64,000 bases of DNA from Octopus sinensis (Eukaryota), in contig NC_043001.1 of NCBI RefSeq assembly GCF_006345805.1, forward strand, positions 122,760,001-122,824,000, given 5' to 3'. Shown here one piece after another: positions 25,552-39,275 of the stretch (the first letter of the stretch is position 1; each line of letters starts with the position of its first letter). The notes below the pieces were generated by a model that was given only the letters and a program-made list of their open reading frames with translations, had not been told where the DNA came from and made no database searches. A program made the translations under genes and the position numbers.

Positions 25552-25868
25552 TTCTTTTACCTTTTACTTGTTTCAGTCATTTGACTGCGTCCATGCTAGA
25601 GCACCACCTTTAGTCGAGCAAATCGACCCTGGACTTATTCTTTGTAAGAAATGAGACTTATTCTATCGGTCTCATTTGGTTGTCAAGCGATGTTAGGGGA
25701 CAAACACATATACATATATACGACGGGCACCAAATCCACTCACAAGGCTTTGATCAGCCCGAGGCTATAGTAGAAGACACTCGCCCAAGGTGCCACGCAG
25801 TAGGATTGAACCCGGAACCATGTTGTTGATAAGCAAGCTACTTACCACACAGCCACTCCTGCGCCTAT
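25552..25868 (-). mobile_element. SINE-B with internal deletions
   Basis: Family similarity. Confidence 0.8.
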
Positions 25869-26282
25869 ATATGTGCGTGTACAAGGAAAGTATGTCAATG
25901 TTTGTATGTGTGATTATTATGTACCTTATTTATATAGAAAATACAACAATTAGCCGTCATTTTCGAAGGCACGGGGTCAGCTAGTTTATTGTGAAAAGCG
26001 AATCGTATTTTTTCGTTAAGTTACTGTGCCTTATCGAAAGATAAGAGTTTCTTCCCTTTCAGGATAAAGATTATGTTCGGATACTTTTCCCATTGTGCAC
26101 AGTTTTGGGTATTTATACCCTGAAAATGCCTAATATCTCCACAACCAACTATCCGATTTACGCGAAATTTATTTAATTCCGTTTGTATTTACATTTCAGG
26201 GGACTTCATTCATAGTATTTTCTCATTATGCGCCAGTTTGGCTGGGTAACATTGCAAGAAAGCAAGATTCAATCTGACTTTT

Positions 26283-27520
<1,238 letters not shown>

Positions 27521-28967
27521 TGTATGTATTTATGTATGTTTATACTTACATATATTATGATCATGCTTACGAAAAATGATACTCCTCACCACTTGTTAGA
27601 ACTTTAAACTTATATATGTATATTATTATTATAGACGTCGTACAGTATACAATATCGTGAGGTTATTGATTGAAGATATTGTATCTAACACGGTTCTGTA
27701 CAGTTTGTCATGTCACAAGCAACTCTTTTATTGTTAAACTTACCATCACGGAACAGTACAGTAAATATATATTTAAATTAAAGGAGGGGGAAACCAAAAC
27801 CAATCAGGATAAGCTTATCAGGTCATTTAAATTATTTTAATTATTAAAATGGTGATTCGAAGTAAGCAAAAGTAAATAATAATGTCTTACAGTTGTTTTT
27901 GGGATATCCCAGGAAATGGATCAATGAGTTGATCCATATTTTCAGATATTCTGGGTATTCTGTCATCGGAGACAAAGTATATATGCAAGACACTTCTAGT
28001 ATTAAGTTCAAGGCTCAGAATTCATCATATTTCAGAGGCTATGGGGTGGGTATCCATATTTCCGTGAAAGTGTACCTCCTTACGTATAATCACATGGTTA
28101 GTCCATAGTTCAGAAAGTGGGTTGAGTGATGCATCCAGTTGAGAAAATTGATCCAGCAGTTTAGATCAACAGTGGCTTAAACCCTTAAACATACACACAC
28201 ATACGCATGTATGTATGTATGTATACAACATGAAGTTGATGCACACTCTGTGGATTCTATAAACTGTATAAGCATTGAAGAGAATTTTGTTCTAATTCAG
28301 AGAAATACCATCACAAATACAGTTGTACTTATCAACATTTTGACTACTTGCTTCTTCAGTTTGCGTCATTCGTTTCTTATGTGTAGGGTGAAACTTTAAT
28401 CTGATGTCAGAGTTCTTCGAATTTAATCTGTCCGAACATTTTTTCCGTTATCTAACCATGCAAAGCAGCGACTATATATAGAATGGCATACGAGGACCGC
28501 TGAAAAGTTACTGGTTTTGGCTAAAAGAAAATACAAGAGAATCAGTTAATTATGATTTTATTCAATATATTCTCTTCTCAGATTCACACATGTATTGCAG
28601 TGATCCTTCAGCTTTTCTAAGCCCTGTAAAGGAACTCGGAAGATTGGTCCTACAACCAGGCCTTTTGCTATTCCCTTAAAGCCAAGATCATTCGACACAC
28701 TCTCGTGTATTGATCCTTTATTTCACATAGCCAAAGTTTTATAGAGAAACTCTAAAATTAATCTAATGAAAAGCACCAACATGGTTCAGCACACGGAAGG
28801 CTGATTGACGATGTCACAATAAAACTTATGTATGATGTACGTCAGGTATAGTATTCCGTAACTGCAAGCTGTTTCTTTTATTTACTTGTTCCAAACATTG
28901 AACTGCGACCACCGATATATACATACATACATACATACATACATACATACATACATACATACATACA

Positions 28968-29028
<61 letters not shown>

Positions 29029-29239
29029 TATAATTATATGCATAATTATAATCAGGGGTCAGCTAATTGCTTCGCCACGCACCGAATTTAGAAATAGCAG
29101 TTAAAAATACTTTTGCCGCTACCTGATCAATTGATTAGTTTTACCCTTTAATATATATATATATATTATATATATGAATATATGTGTATGCGTGTATGTA
29201 CGTATGCGTATGTGTGTGCGTGTATGTATATTCAGCCAT

Positions 29240-29440
29240 ATAAACACAAGCTCGTGCTTTTCTCGCCCTATTCTTTTCTTTCACTCCGGACTTTTTTCTT
29301 TTTCCTTTTTCTGACGAAGAGCCATGCTTGAAACGTCACACACCTTTTTTCAATCTTAAACGTTCTCTGAGCATCAATCTGATGTATTCCCTTTGTTGTT
29401 TTTCCTGTTTTGTTTTTATTTTATTCGTGATTTTCCTCTC
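29240..29440 (+). mobile_element. Penelope-like terminal repeat with hammerhead-like core, between microsatellites
   Basis: CTGACGA-A-GAGC-CAT-GCTT-GAAA-CGTC at 29311-29337. Confidence 0.5.
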
Positions 29441-29514
29441 TCTCTCTGTATTTATGTGTACATACACACTCACATATACATACACACACACACGCATATA
29501 CATACACACATATA

Positions 29515-29845
29515 AAGGCTGTGTGGTAAGTAGCTGGCTTATCAACCACATGGTTCCGGGTTCATTCCCAATGCTTGGCAGCTTGGGCAAGCGTCTTCTA
29601 CTATAGCCTCGGGCCGACCAAATCCTTGTGAGTGGATTTGGTAGACGGAAACTAAAAGAAGCCCGCCGTATATATGTATATATATATGTATGTGTGTATA
29701 TGTTTGTGTGTCTATGTCCCCCCCCCCCCCTTCGATAGAATAAGTACTAGGCTTCCAAAGAATAAGTCCTGGGGTCAAATTGCTCGACTAAAGGCGATGC
29801 TCTAGCATGGCCGCCGTCAAATGACTGAAACAAGTAAAAGAGAAG
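29515..29845 (+). mobile_element. SINE-B
   Basis: Family similarity. Confidence 0.85.
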
Positions 29846-29848
29846 AAA

Positions 29849-29886
<38 letters not shown>

Positions 29887-30104
29887 ACGACGTTCTTACA
29901 CATAATTTCCGTGCACTAAATTCACTCAAAAGACATTGGCCGACCCGGGGATATAGTAATATAGTAGAAGATTCTTTCCCAAGATGCTGCGCATTGGGAT
30001 TGAATCTGAAACCACATGGTTGCAAAGCAAACTTCTTAACCAGACAGCCATGTCAAAAAGCTAAATATTTTTACACACATTGTTTTTGTTTATACTTATT
30101 TCTT

Positions 30105-30675
30105 TACTACCCACAAGAGGCTAAACACAGAGGGGATAAACACGGACAGACAAACGGATCAAGTCGATTACATCGACCCCAGTGCGTAACTGGTACTTAA
30201 TTTATCGACCCCGAAAAGATGAAAGGCAAAGTCGACCTCGGTGGAATTTGAACTCACAACGCAGCGGCGGACGAAATACCCCTAAGCAGTTCGCCCAACG
30301 TACTTAATTTATCGACCCCGAAAGGATGAAAAGCAAAGTCAACCTTGCCGGAATTTGAACTCAGAACGTAGCGGCAGACGAAATACTGCTAAGCATTTCG
30401 CCCGACATGCTTAACGATTCTGCCAGCTCGCCGCCATAAATACCTATTTCTTTACTACCTACAAGGTGCTAAACACAGAGGGGACAAACAAGGACAGACA
30501 TACGGATTAAGTCGATTATATCGATCTCAGTGCGTAACTGGTACTTTATTTATCGACCCCGAAAAGATGAAAGGCAAAGTCGACCTCGGCGGAATTTGAA
30601 CTCAGAACGTAACGGCAGACGAAATACGGCTACGCATTTCGCCCGGCGTGCTAACGTTTTTGCCAGCTCGCCGCC
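30105..30675 (-). mobile_element. Three stacked SINE-A copies
   Basis: Three B-box modules; heads end GCTCGCCGCC at ~30436 and ~30675. Confidence 0.85.
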
Positions 30676-33474
30676 TTTAAAATTTAAATCCAGTCTTGCC
30701 ACACACCGTGTGACACAGTTGGTCTTATACATTACTATCCGATCGGCTTCCCCATAGTTTCTGTTCACCCAGTTTCGCTTATAGATTTTGAGTCGATCCA
30801 AGGTTACAGTTAAAGGGGCATGTCTAAGATGTCATGCAGTGGGATTGAACCCGTGTAATCGTGATTGCGAAACGAGCACGTTTAGCCTTTTGTCCATGTT
30901 GTATCCGGCATCATATGTCTGCACTGGTTTAACTATTGTTCTAAAAGTATTTGAACTAAAGTCCACTCTTAGTTTAACTTCGTCATACTTATTTATTGAA
31001 AAACCGTTTTGTGAACTGTTTCCAAACAAACAGTAATGTGATCTTATAGATTTTTGTAAATAAATTAACATGATAAATATGCTATCTATCTGACACTAAA
31101 TTTATATTATGTAAACTATGTTTTAGAAAATCTTAACAGTGGGAGGGGAAACAAGAATGAAAGAATGAATTTATAGCTCGTGTCATTTGGGTGCGACCAG
31201 AGGTCAGTGACCTATGGAATAAGATCGCCTGTCAAGATTTGGAAGGTTTTATCAAACATAATGCAACGTAAACTTGTACCTATTTCTTTTGCCCCAGTCT
31301 TTTATTTATCAAGATTTTTCGTCCATCTTTTTTTTTATTTCTTTATTCATAAATATAAATATTTTAAAAGTTGTTTTTATTTTCTGTTTAAAAAATAAAA
31401 CTATTTACGTTAGTGTTTTATTTAGATTATTCTGAAAATACGCACAATTTATGACTTTTCCACCCAGTCTTTTTCACAAGTCCTTTTTATATGATCACAG
31501 ACACTTATCTAATTCGTCCGCTATACAGACGACTGCACCCAGATTGGAATATATTTAATTATAAACAATAAAGCCATATAGAGCACACAAATTATCGTTT
31601 GAATGTTTACTGAAGATAGTAATTTATCATTTGCAGCAATTTTGGAAACATTTGATACGTAAATATATATTCGTATTTACTAATGTGTAAGATTTGATAA
31701 AGACAGCTAACGAACAGATTCGTAAGCATGTCGGACAAAATGCTTAGCAGCACTACCTCTGGGTCATTACGTTCTAAGTTTAAATCACGCCGAGGTCAAA
31801 TTTGTCTTTCAACCTTACGAGTTGATAAAGTACCAGTCAAGTACTGGGGTCGATGTACTTGACTTCCTACTCACCTCAGAATTGCTGGTTTTGAACTCTG
31901 CAACAGGCCAGCGTCTGGTTCAGGGAGAATGTGATCCTGGTTACTCAGAAGCGAAGGAAACCGGGTAACCATACTTATAAATTTTATGGTTCGTGAGAAT
32001 AAAAATTGTCACGGTTTCTATGATTGTACTGTTTGTTTGTTTTTTTATGACTGGTGTTTACGTAATAACTGTCTAATGTGATCCTGTTGTATATGGTGCA
32101 GATACGACAGATTTTTTTCCCTTTTTTTGCGTGTTGGTGAGTATGCACATTGCGCTACTCAGTTTAAAATTACGTACGACCGCATGGGTTCTTTTTCTCG
32201 CAGTTCGCTCAGTTGCAAGTACTCAGACCAGGCTTCCGGAAGGGATCTATTGCGACCTCACAGCCGACCAGTAAACCCAACTCTTCCACTTTACTCTTCC
32301 CCAGATGCCAAAGAATAAAACTGAACACAAAAGACAAATTTCCCATCTTCGCTAACATGCGTAGGTTCTGAGCCAACCAAGACCCCATACACCATGAATG
32401 GGCAAATCACACATCCAATTACTTTCCGAAACCCAAATCACTTAGCACTTATCCATAGCCTATCTACTGCTTTGCTTGAGCGAAACGGTGAAATATTTTT
32501 CATTCCTTGTTGACAATATGTCCGGTCTCTCCGTGCTTTCCAATTCCCATGAAATAAAAAAATAATCCCTTACTCGAAAAATAAGTGTTGGCGACAGGAA
32601 AGGCATCCGGCTCTAATATTCGCCATGAAATGCGTCCTCGTCGAATCCGTGTTAGCATGGTAAAATGACTGTTTGTTCGAACGAGCGAACCTTTTCCTTT
32701 ACTTTAAAAGATTGTTCGTGCCTGAACCCTATGGTTTGTGCGCTTGATAGGTTTGGTATTTTACGAGTGTAGAACTTTGGGTTTTTCCAAATTATTTTTG
32801 ACGTAATAAAACCGCAAAACTAATTGTGTATAAAATATTTAATTTACTAATTATAGGTTTCAATTTATGGCACGAGGTAAACAATTTCCGGGAAGCAGGT
32901 AAGTCAGTTTCATCAACCCTAGTGTTGATCCCAAAAAGATGAAAGACAAAGTCGACCTCGGCGGAATTTGAACTCAGAATTTAAATACAGACAAAATACC
33001 TGTGCTAACGTTTTGCCAGTTCACTGCATTTTAAAAATATTTTCCTGGTAGAGACTGAAACTCCCACCTTTAAGTTATATCACTACTTACCAACACACTT
33101 ACCCGCAAGGCCATCAAAACAGCTACAATTTAATTTACTAATTATTGAGATGGAATCAACATCACAAAGCATAATTATTTTACTTCTTAAGAAATATAGA
33201 ATGTCTTCCTTTTTCTTAATGAAATGCAATGCTGATTGGATTGTATGCTGGAGTTCTTGGGTTTTAAATAGTTCAAAGAACACTCGATCATGAAACTTAA
33301 TACATCTTCCAAAACATCATTCATGCTTCTTCGGGAACCTTCTTTACTTAATTTTATCCCTAATATCCATGCATCTCATACCATATACAAGTCATATTTC
33401 CCTGATATCCATGCATCGTATACGATGCATACTTCCATTCTTTATTTTTTTATTGTCTACCAGAGTAGCATTTA

Positions 33475-33935
33475 TACAGTTCTATATTTAAGAGATGAAG
33501 AATTATGCACATTATTTACATTATTTACAATTGATGGATATTTGTCCTCATCTTGTTTGTTGTTAACACAACGGTTCGGCTGATATACCCTCCAGGCTTC
33601 ATCGGGTGTCTTGGGGAACTTTCGAACCTGAGCTCTCATTCCTAAGGTATTTTTCGATGTTATTATTATTATTATTGAGCATATGGCGTAGTGGTTAAAA
33701 GCGCGGGCTACTTACCTCAAGATACCGAGTTCGATTCCGCGCAGTGACCTGAATAATATTAATAATAATAATAATAATAATATAATATCGAAAAATATTT
33801 AGGAATGAGAACCCAGGTTCGAAATTTCTCCAAGACACCTAATGAAGGCTGGAAGGTATATCAGCCGAAACGTTGTGATAACAACAAACAAGATGAAGAC
33901 AAATATCCGTCAATAGTAAATAATGTAAATAATGG
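33475..33935 (+). mobile_element. Composite: inverted PLE repeat + tRNA-like head + (AAT)n + PLE repeat with hammerhead
   Basis: Left arm 33475-33676 (-); A-box 33684-33694; B-box 33727-33738; right arm 33787-33934 (+). Confidence 0.75.
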
Positions 33936-34259
33936 ACAGAGTAGTAGTTATTTATTAAAACGTATGAAACAAGGGCTAGCTAAGAGTCTGAAAACAAGCA
34001 TGAACGTTTAGGACAAACTTATAAAACTGCTTTGAACAGGCAAAGGGTTAAGAATTCTTTGAAAAACCATAACGATAAATCACAAAACCGTTTTCCAAAT
34101 TGTGTTTCTTGTATTATATGGGATTCATGCAACGGAAAATGTAAATTCTATTCTTCAATTATGATTTGAAAATGTTTCTACGCAATTTGGAACTCGAATC
34201 CCATACAACAAAATGTCTATGGATAGAAAAATATACCTGTAAAATATGTAAATTTTTAT

Positions 34260-34730
34260 ATATTTCTTTACTACCCACAAGGGGCTAAACATAGAGGGGA
34301 CAAACAAGGAAAAACAACTGGATTAAGTCGATTACATCGACCCAGTGCGAAACTGATACTTTATTTATCGACCCCGAAAGGATGAAAGGCAAAGTCGACC
34401 TCGGCGGAATTTGAACTCAGAACGTAACGACAGACGAAATACTGCTAAGCACTTCGCCCGGCGTGCTAGAGTTTCTGCCAGCTCACCGCCTTCAAATATG
34501 TTGTTTTATTACCTACAAGGGGCTAAACATAGAGGGGACAAACAAGGACAAACAAAGGGATTAAGTTGATTACATCGACCCAGTGCGAAACTGGTACTTT
34601 ATTTATCGATCCCGAGAGGATGAAAGGCAAAGTCGACCCCGGCGGAATTTGAACTCAGAACGTAACGATAGACGAAATACCTCTAAGCATTTCGACCCGC
34701 ATGCTAACGATTCTACCAGCTCACCGCCTT
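34260..34730 (-). mobile_element. Two tandem SINE-A copies
   Basis: Family similarity. Confidence 0.9.
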
Positions 34731-35386
34731 AAATATCTACATTTTTATAGCTTTGTTCTAGAGATTATATTTTACCATTTGCAAAATATATATTTGTGTG
34801 TATGTATGTTGACGTTGAAAATCATCAATACATATAGAACTATACTTTTAATATATTTATTCATATGCGCTATGTGCATGATTGTGTATGATTGTGCGTA
34901 TGTAATTGTGTGAGAGAAATCCTTCTTATAAAACTGAGTAAACAATATTTCACTGAAAAAAAAAGCATGAAAAGAAATCAGTTTCCAAGTAGGTAAAAAA
35001 ATTGGTAACTTTCTTTGGTTACATTTTTAAAGGAAGTTGAAGTGAACGTTGCCTGAAGGTAAAGAAAAGAGAGCGAGAAGGGATGAGAGTTAGAGAGAAA
35101 GTGTAGAAGTAGGGTTGGAGTCGACTTACTGGAAATTGACAATTGGAAGAGAATAATTAGAAATATTGAAAAGACAACTAAAACACACCAAAATGATCGG
35201 ATAATCAAAACATAACGGCGAAATATGATTTAACGTCTTATTGCTAATTGGCTTATCCCATCTCCCAAATAATAAGTCACAATTAATGACGCAGGCACAC
35301 CATCTGGAATTGTTCATAATCATAATGACTTAAACATAAGAACTAGAAGTAGTCAGATAAAGAGGAAATTCAATGGAATGGCGCGC

Positions 35387-35417
<31 letters not shown>

Positions 35418-35710
35418 CCTGCGGCCTCTTCTGAAGTGATCGTCTGCTAGTTTTTCATCCACTTATTTTAATTTAATACTGTCTTTATCCACTTGGTGTT
35501 CCCATCCACTACCGCCATCAGCTTCTTCATTTGACTAATGTTAAAGATTTTGCTGGAATAAAAACGGAAATAGTTTTCAATGAAAATGAAGTTGTTTTGA
35601 TCTGCCATTTAATGGCTATTATTGTAATTAATCTTTATTTATTCATATACAATAAAGACGCACACGCGTATATATACTTACATATTAGTATGTATATATA
35701 TATATATAAA

Positions 35711-36110
35711 CTAGCAGAGATACCCGGCGTTGCCCGTGTTACATACAATTGAAGAATTAGACTTTCTGTTATATTTTCTCTAATGAACTAGAATATCTAT
35801 GTTTCGAATTTCATCAAAATTGCAGATGAGGGTTATTTCCCTCTTTATACACCCTAAAAAAATTGTAATCATGCCACATGTATCCCATACTACTGATTTT
35901 TATGCGCATATTCCAAAATCCCAGTCTTATTGAACCTGTTAAAAAGATTTTGCTCCTGAAAAATGAAGGTCATGGAGCTCTAAAATGTGAGAGTTAAAGC
36001 CCCCTGTTAGGGGTGGGCATCTTAATGTAAATCAGAGAAGTTGAATTGTTGAGAATTAATGTCTAATTTCTCGACCTCATTTTAAATTTAAATGTAAATT
36101 TATATATTAT
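35711..36110 (-). mobile_element. Non-autonomous Helitron-like element
   Basis: On + starts A|CTAGCAGAGATACCCGGCGTTGCCCG, i.e. 3' CTAG plus subterminal hairpin on minus. Confidence 0.55.
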
Positions 36111-36127
36111 ATATATATATATATATA

Positions 36128-36869
36128 CGTGGCTGTGTGGTAAGTAGGTTGCTTACTAACCATATGGTTCCGGGTTCAGTCTCATTGTGTTGCATCTTGG
36201 GCAAATGTCTTCTGCTAAAGCCTCGGGCCGATCAAAGCCTTGTGAGTGGATTTGTAAACGGAAACTGAAAGAAGCCCGTCGTATATATGTATATATATGT
36301 GTGTGTGTATGTTTGTGTGTCTGTGTTTGTCCCTCTAGCATTGCTTGACAACCGATGCTGGTGTGTTTACCTCCCCGTAACTTAGTGGTTTGGCAAAAGA
36401 GACCGATAGGCTAAGTACTAGGCTTCCATAGAATATGTCCCGGGGCCGATTTTCTCGACTAAAGGCGGTGCTCCAGCATGGATCAGTCAAATGATTGAAA
36501 CAAGTAAAAGAATAAAAAAGTATATGCATATGAATGTGTGTGTGTAAGTATGTGTATGTGTGTGTGTGTGTGTGTGTGAACAACAGAAATATGCCTATAC
36601 AAATATATAGATCTGCATTTCTACACACATCCACATAAACATATATTCATATAGAATTTAGGCATAGGCCTAGGGGTGGGTGTGTGGTAAGTAGCTTGCT
36701 TGCCAACTAGATGGTTCCGGGTTCAGTCCCACTGCGTGGAACCTTCGGCAAGTGTCTTCTACTATAGCCACGGGCCGACCATAGCCTTTGTAGTGGATTT
36801 GGTAGACGGAAACTGAAAGAAGCCCGTCGTATACACACACATACACACACACACACACATATATATATG

Positions 36870-36906
<37 letters not shown>

Positions 36907-37100
36907 ATATGTGTTTGTGCCTTCACCATCGCTTGACAACCGATATTGGTGTGTTTACGTCCCCGTAACTTAGCGTTCGGTAAAAGAGACCTATAGAATA
37001 AGTACTAGGATTACAGAGAATAAGTCCCGGGGTTGATTTGTTCGACTAAAGACGGTGCTCCAGCATGGCCGAAGTCAAATGACCGCAGCAAATAAAAGAA
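36128..37100 (+). mobile_element. Two tandem SINE-B copies (36128-36515, 36663-37100)
   Basis: Family similarity. Confidence 0.9.
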
Positions 37101-37255
37101 TAATTCACAGACGTGTAAGTTTGTATTACCTTTCAGATTCATAAGCGTCATCACTTAAATGTATTCTCTCATATACGTGTATACATTGATTTTCAAATTT
37201 ATACCAATATTTTTGCTATTATCTAGGTCTCAAATCTACCTTGTTTCAGTAAGTA

Positions 37256-37639
37256 CTAGCAGTATCGCCCGGCGTTGCTCGGGTTTGTAAGGGAAATAAC
37301 TATAAAGCATTTTTAGAGAGTTATAGCCAAAAAATAGCAAAAAATGGGAAAAAAATTATGATAAATTTTTTTTGAGAGTTAAAAAGGTCGAGTTGCGTCC
37401 TCTAGACAGTCTGTGATTTGTGTTTCTGATTCTCGACCCCATGTCGAATTTATCGATTTTTTTTCAGAACTGGAGGAACTTTTCAAAATTTTCGCTGCGT
37501 TAGTTTTGAATTATGACATTGGGCTATGTGTGTGTCAAGTTTCATTAGAATCGGTTGAAAGCCGTGGTCAGTGTGAGGGTACAACCTGACAGACACACAG
37601 ACACACAGACAGACAAACTGCCGTTTATATAGAGAGAGA
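37256..37639 (-). mobile_element. Non-autonomous Helitron, full length
   Basis: Minus 5'-TC..(GTCT)n..hairpin CCCGAGCAACGCCGGG..CTAG-3', inserted between A and T with no TSD. Confidence 0.8.
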
Positions 37640-38306
37640 TATGATCAAAAGCGTTCCAGCCTTAACAGCCCCGTCTTTGTTTAGGGCAGCATGAATCTAA
37701 TGCTAAATTATCCAATGCAGTTGTAAACTTTTCCGAGGCAGTGGAATGTGATTAAAGGGAAATTTGGTTGTTATTTCTAGCAAGGAAAGCAGCCACGTAC
37801 CGCTCAATGCAACCGAAACTCAAGACGTAGGGGCTAAAAAGACAATTGCGAATTGTAACAATCACATTCAACGAATTTAATTATTGAACACAGTTGACTA
37901 AATTTTTAAACATTTTTTAAAAAAAGATTACCGCAAAGTTTATCGTTAATCCATCAAGATTTAACGAAGATGTTGCAGCAATTTTCAGCTAATACATTCT
38001 TTTCGGTGAGAGTCTGATCCCTTCATAAGTTTCAAAGCAGAATCACTGAAAGGAGGTCAGGTTACTTGTATGGTGCGCCATCGCGTGCTTACACATGTAG
38101 CAACATTGACGAAACTTCCATGTGATTGTTCACATTACAAGAAAGAAACGAAATCTGCCCCAAACACCAGAAATCCCTGCAAAATAGGAATAAAAGAAAA
38201 GAAATGAAATATTGATCAAAGCATAGGCGCAGGCGTAGCTGTGTTGTAAGCAGTTTGCTTCTGAACCACAGTCACGCATAAGTTTCTAAAATGGATAAAG
38301 AAATTC

Positions 38307-38918
38307 GGATCTTTACCTTTTGACCGACAGATTTAAAAAATAATTTTTTGTAACTAAACACTTTCAAACTTCGGACACTGATAGAATGTGTCATATAAAA
38401 CATCTTTTACTCTTAGCGTTTTTGAGAAAAACTTATATTTACGAAGTCATTTCACGTTAAAGTTCTCGTATTTCGGTAATTTCAAGCAACCTACATATAT
38501 TCAGCAGAATAAAATTACTGCCGTTGTTTGTCAACAAGAACTTCCGGCGGTGTATATTTCGTTTGTCACTTTTATTTATGACAACCATAACCCTAAAACC
38601 CTAACCCTAAAACGTTAAAACCAGTACAAATGCACGAACGATGTCGTAAATAACAGTGGCAAATGAAAAATACACTGCCGATAGTTGTTGACAAACAACG
38701 GCAATAAGTTTATTCAGCTGCATACACGTCATTGATTGGTTGAAATTACCGAAATACGAGAACTTTAACGTGAAATAACTTCGTAAATATAAATTTTTCT
38801 CAAAAATGCTAAGAGTAAAAGATGTTTTATATGACACATTCTACCAGTGTCCGAAATTTGAAGGTGTTTAGTTACAAAAGATTATTTTTTAAATATGTAG
38901 GTCAAAAGGTAAAGATCC
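38307..38918. mobile_element. 612-bp MITE, ~280-bp TIRs starting GGATCTTTACC, 8-bp TSD (Merlin-like)
   Basis: TSD AGAAATTC at 38299-38306 and 38919-38926; arms complementary. Confidence 0.85.
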
Positions 38919-39061
38919 AGAAATTCGAAAGATTGCTTTGGTCCAATGGCAGAATGTCTCTCATGTTTACAGAAGATGTGGGTCCCACGGGGAACCTTTG
39001 ACATTTTTTATATAAAGGCTTTTGTAACCTAATACTTACGCGTCATTGTTTCTAGCTTTGA

Positions 39062-39275
39062 AGGTAACGAGCTGGCAGAATCGCTAGCATGCTGGACGAA
39101 ATGCTTAGTGATATTTCGCCCGTCGCTGTGTTCTAAGTTCAAATTACGTCGAGGTCGAGTTTGCCTTTCATCCTTTCAGGGTCGATAAATTAAGTACCAG
39201 TGAAACATTGGGATCGATCTAATCAACTAGTCTCCTCCCCCACATTTCAGGCCTTGTGTCTATAGTAGAAAGGAT
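39062..39275 (+). mobile_element. SINE-A (type 2 tail)
   Basis: Family similarity. Confidence 0.8.

Noticed and set aside
27893-28108. 71-aa ORF with YSG and GVGIHIS words (APE endonuclease-like?)
   Set aside because: Motif spacing does not fit and no other endonuclease motifs are present; left unassigned.
33677-33751. tRNA genes at this head and at the SINE heads (41978, 49664, 9293)
   Set aside because: A- and B-boxes are present, but there is no complete acceptor stem or cloverleaf and each runs into a repeat body.
35381-35420. Z-DNA-prone (CG)(TG)n(CG) tract; also G-quadruplex-like runs at 4040-4110
   Set aside because: Common in this repeat-rich context, with no linked feature suggesting function.
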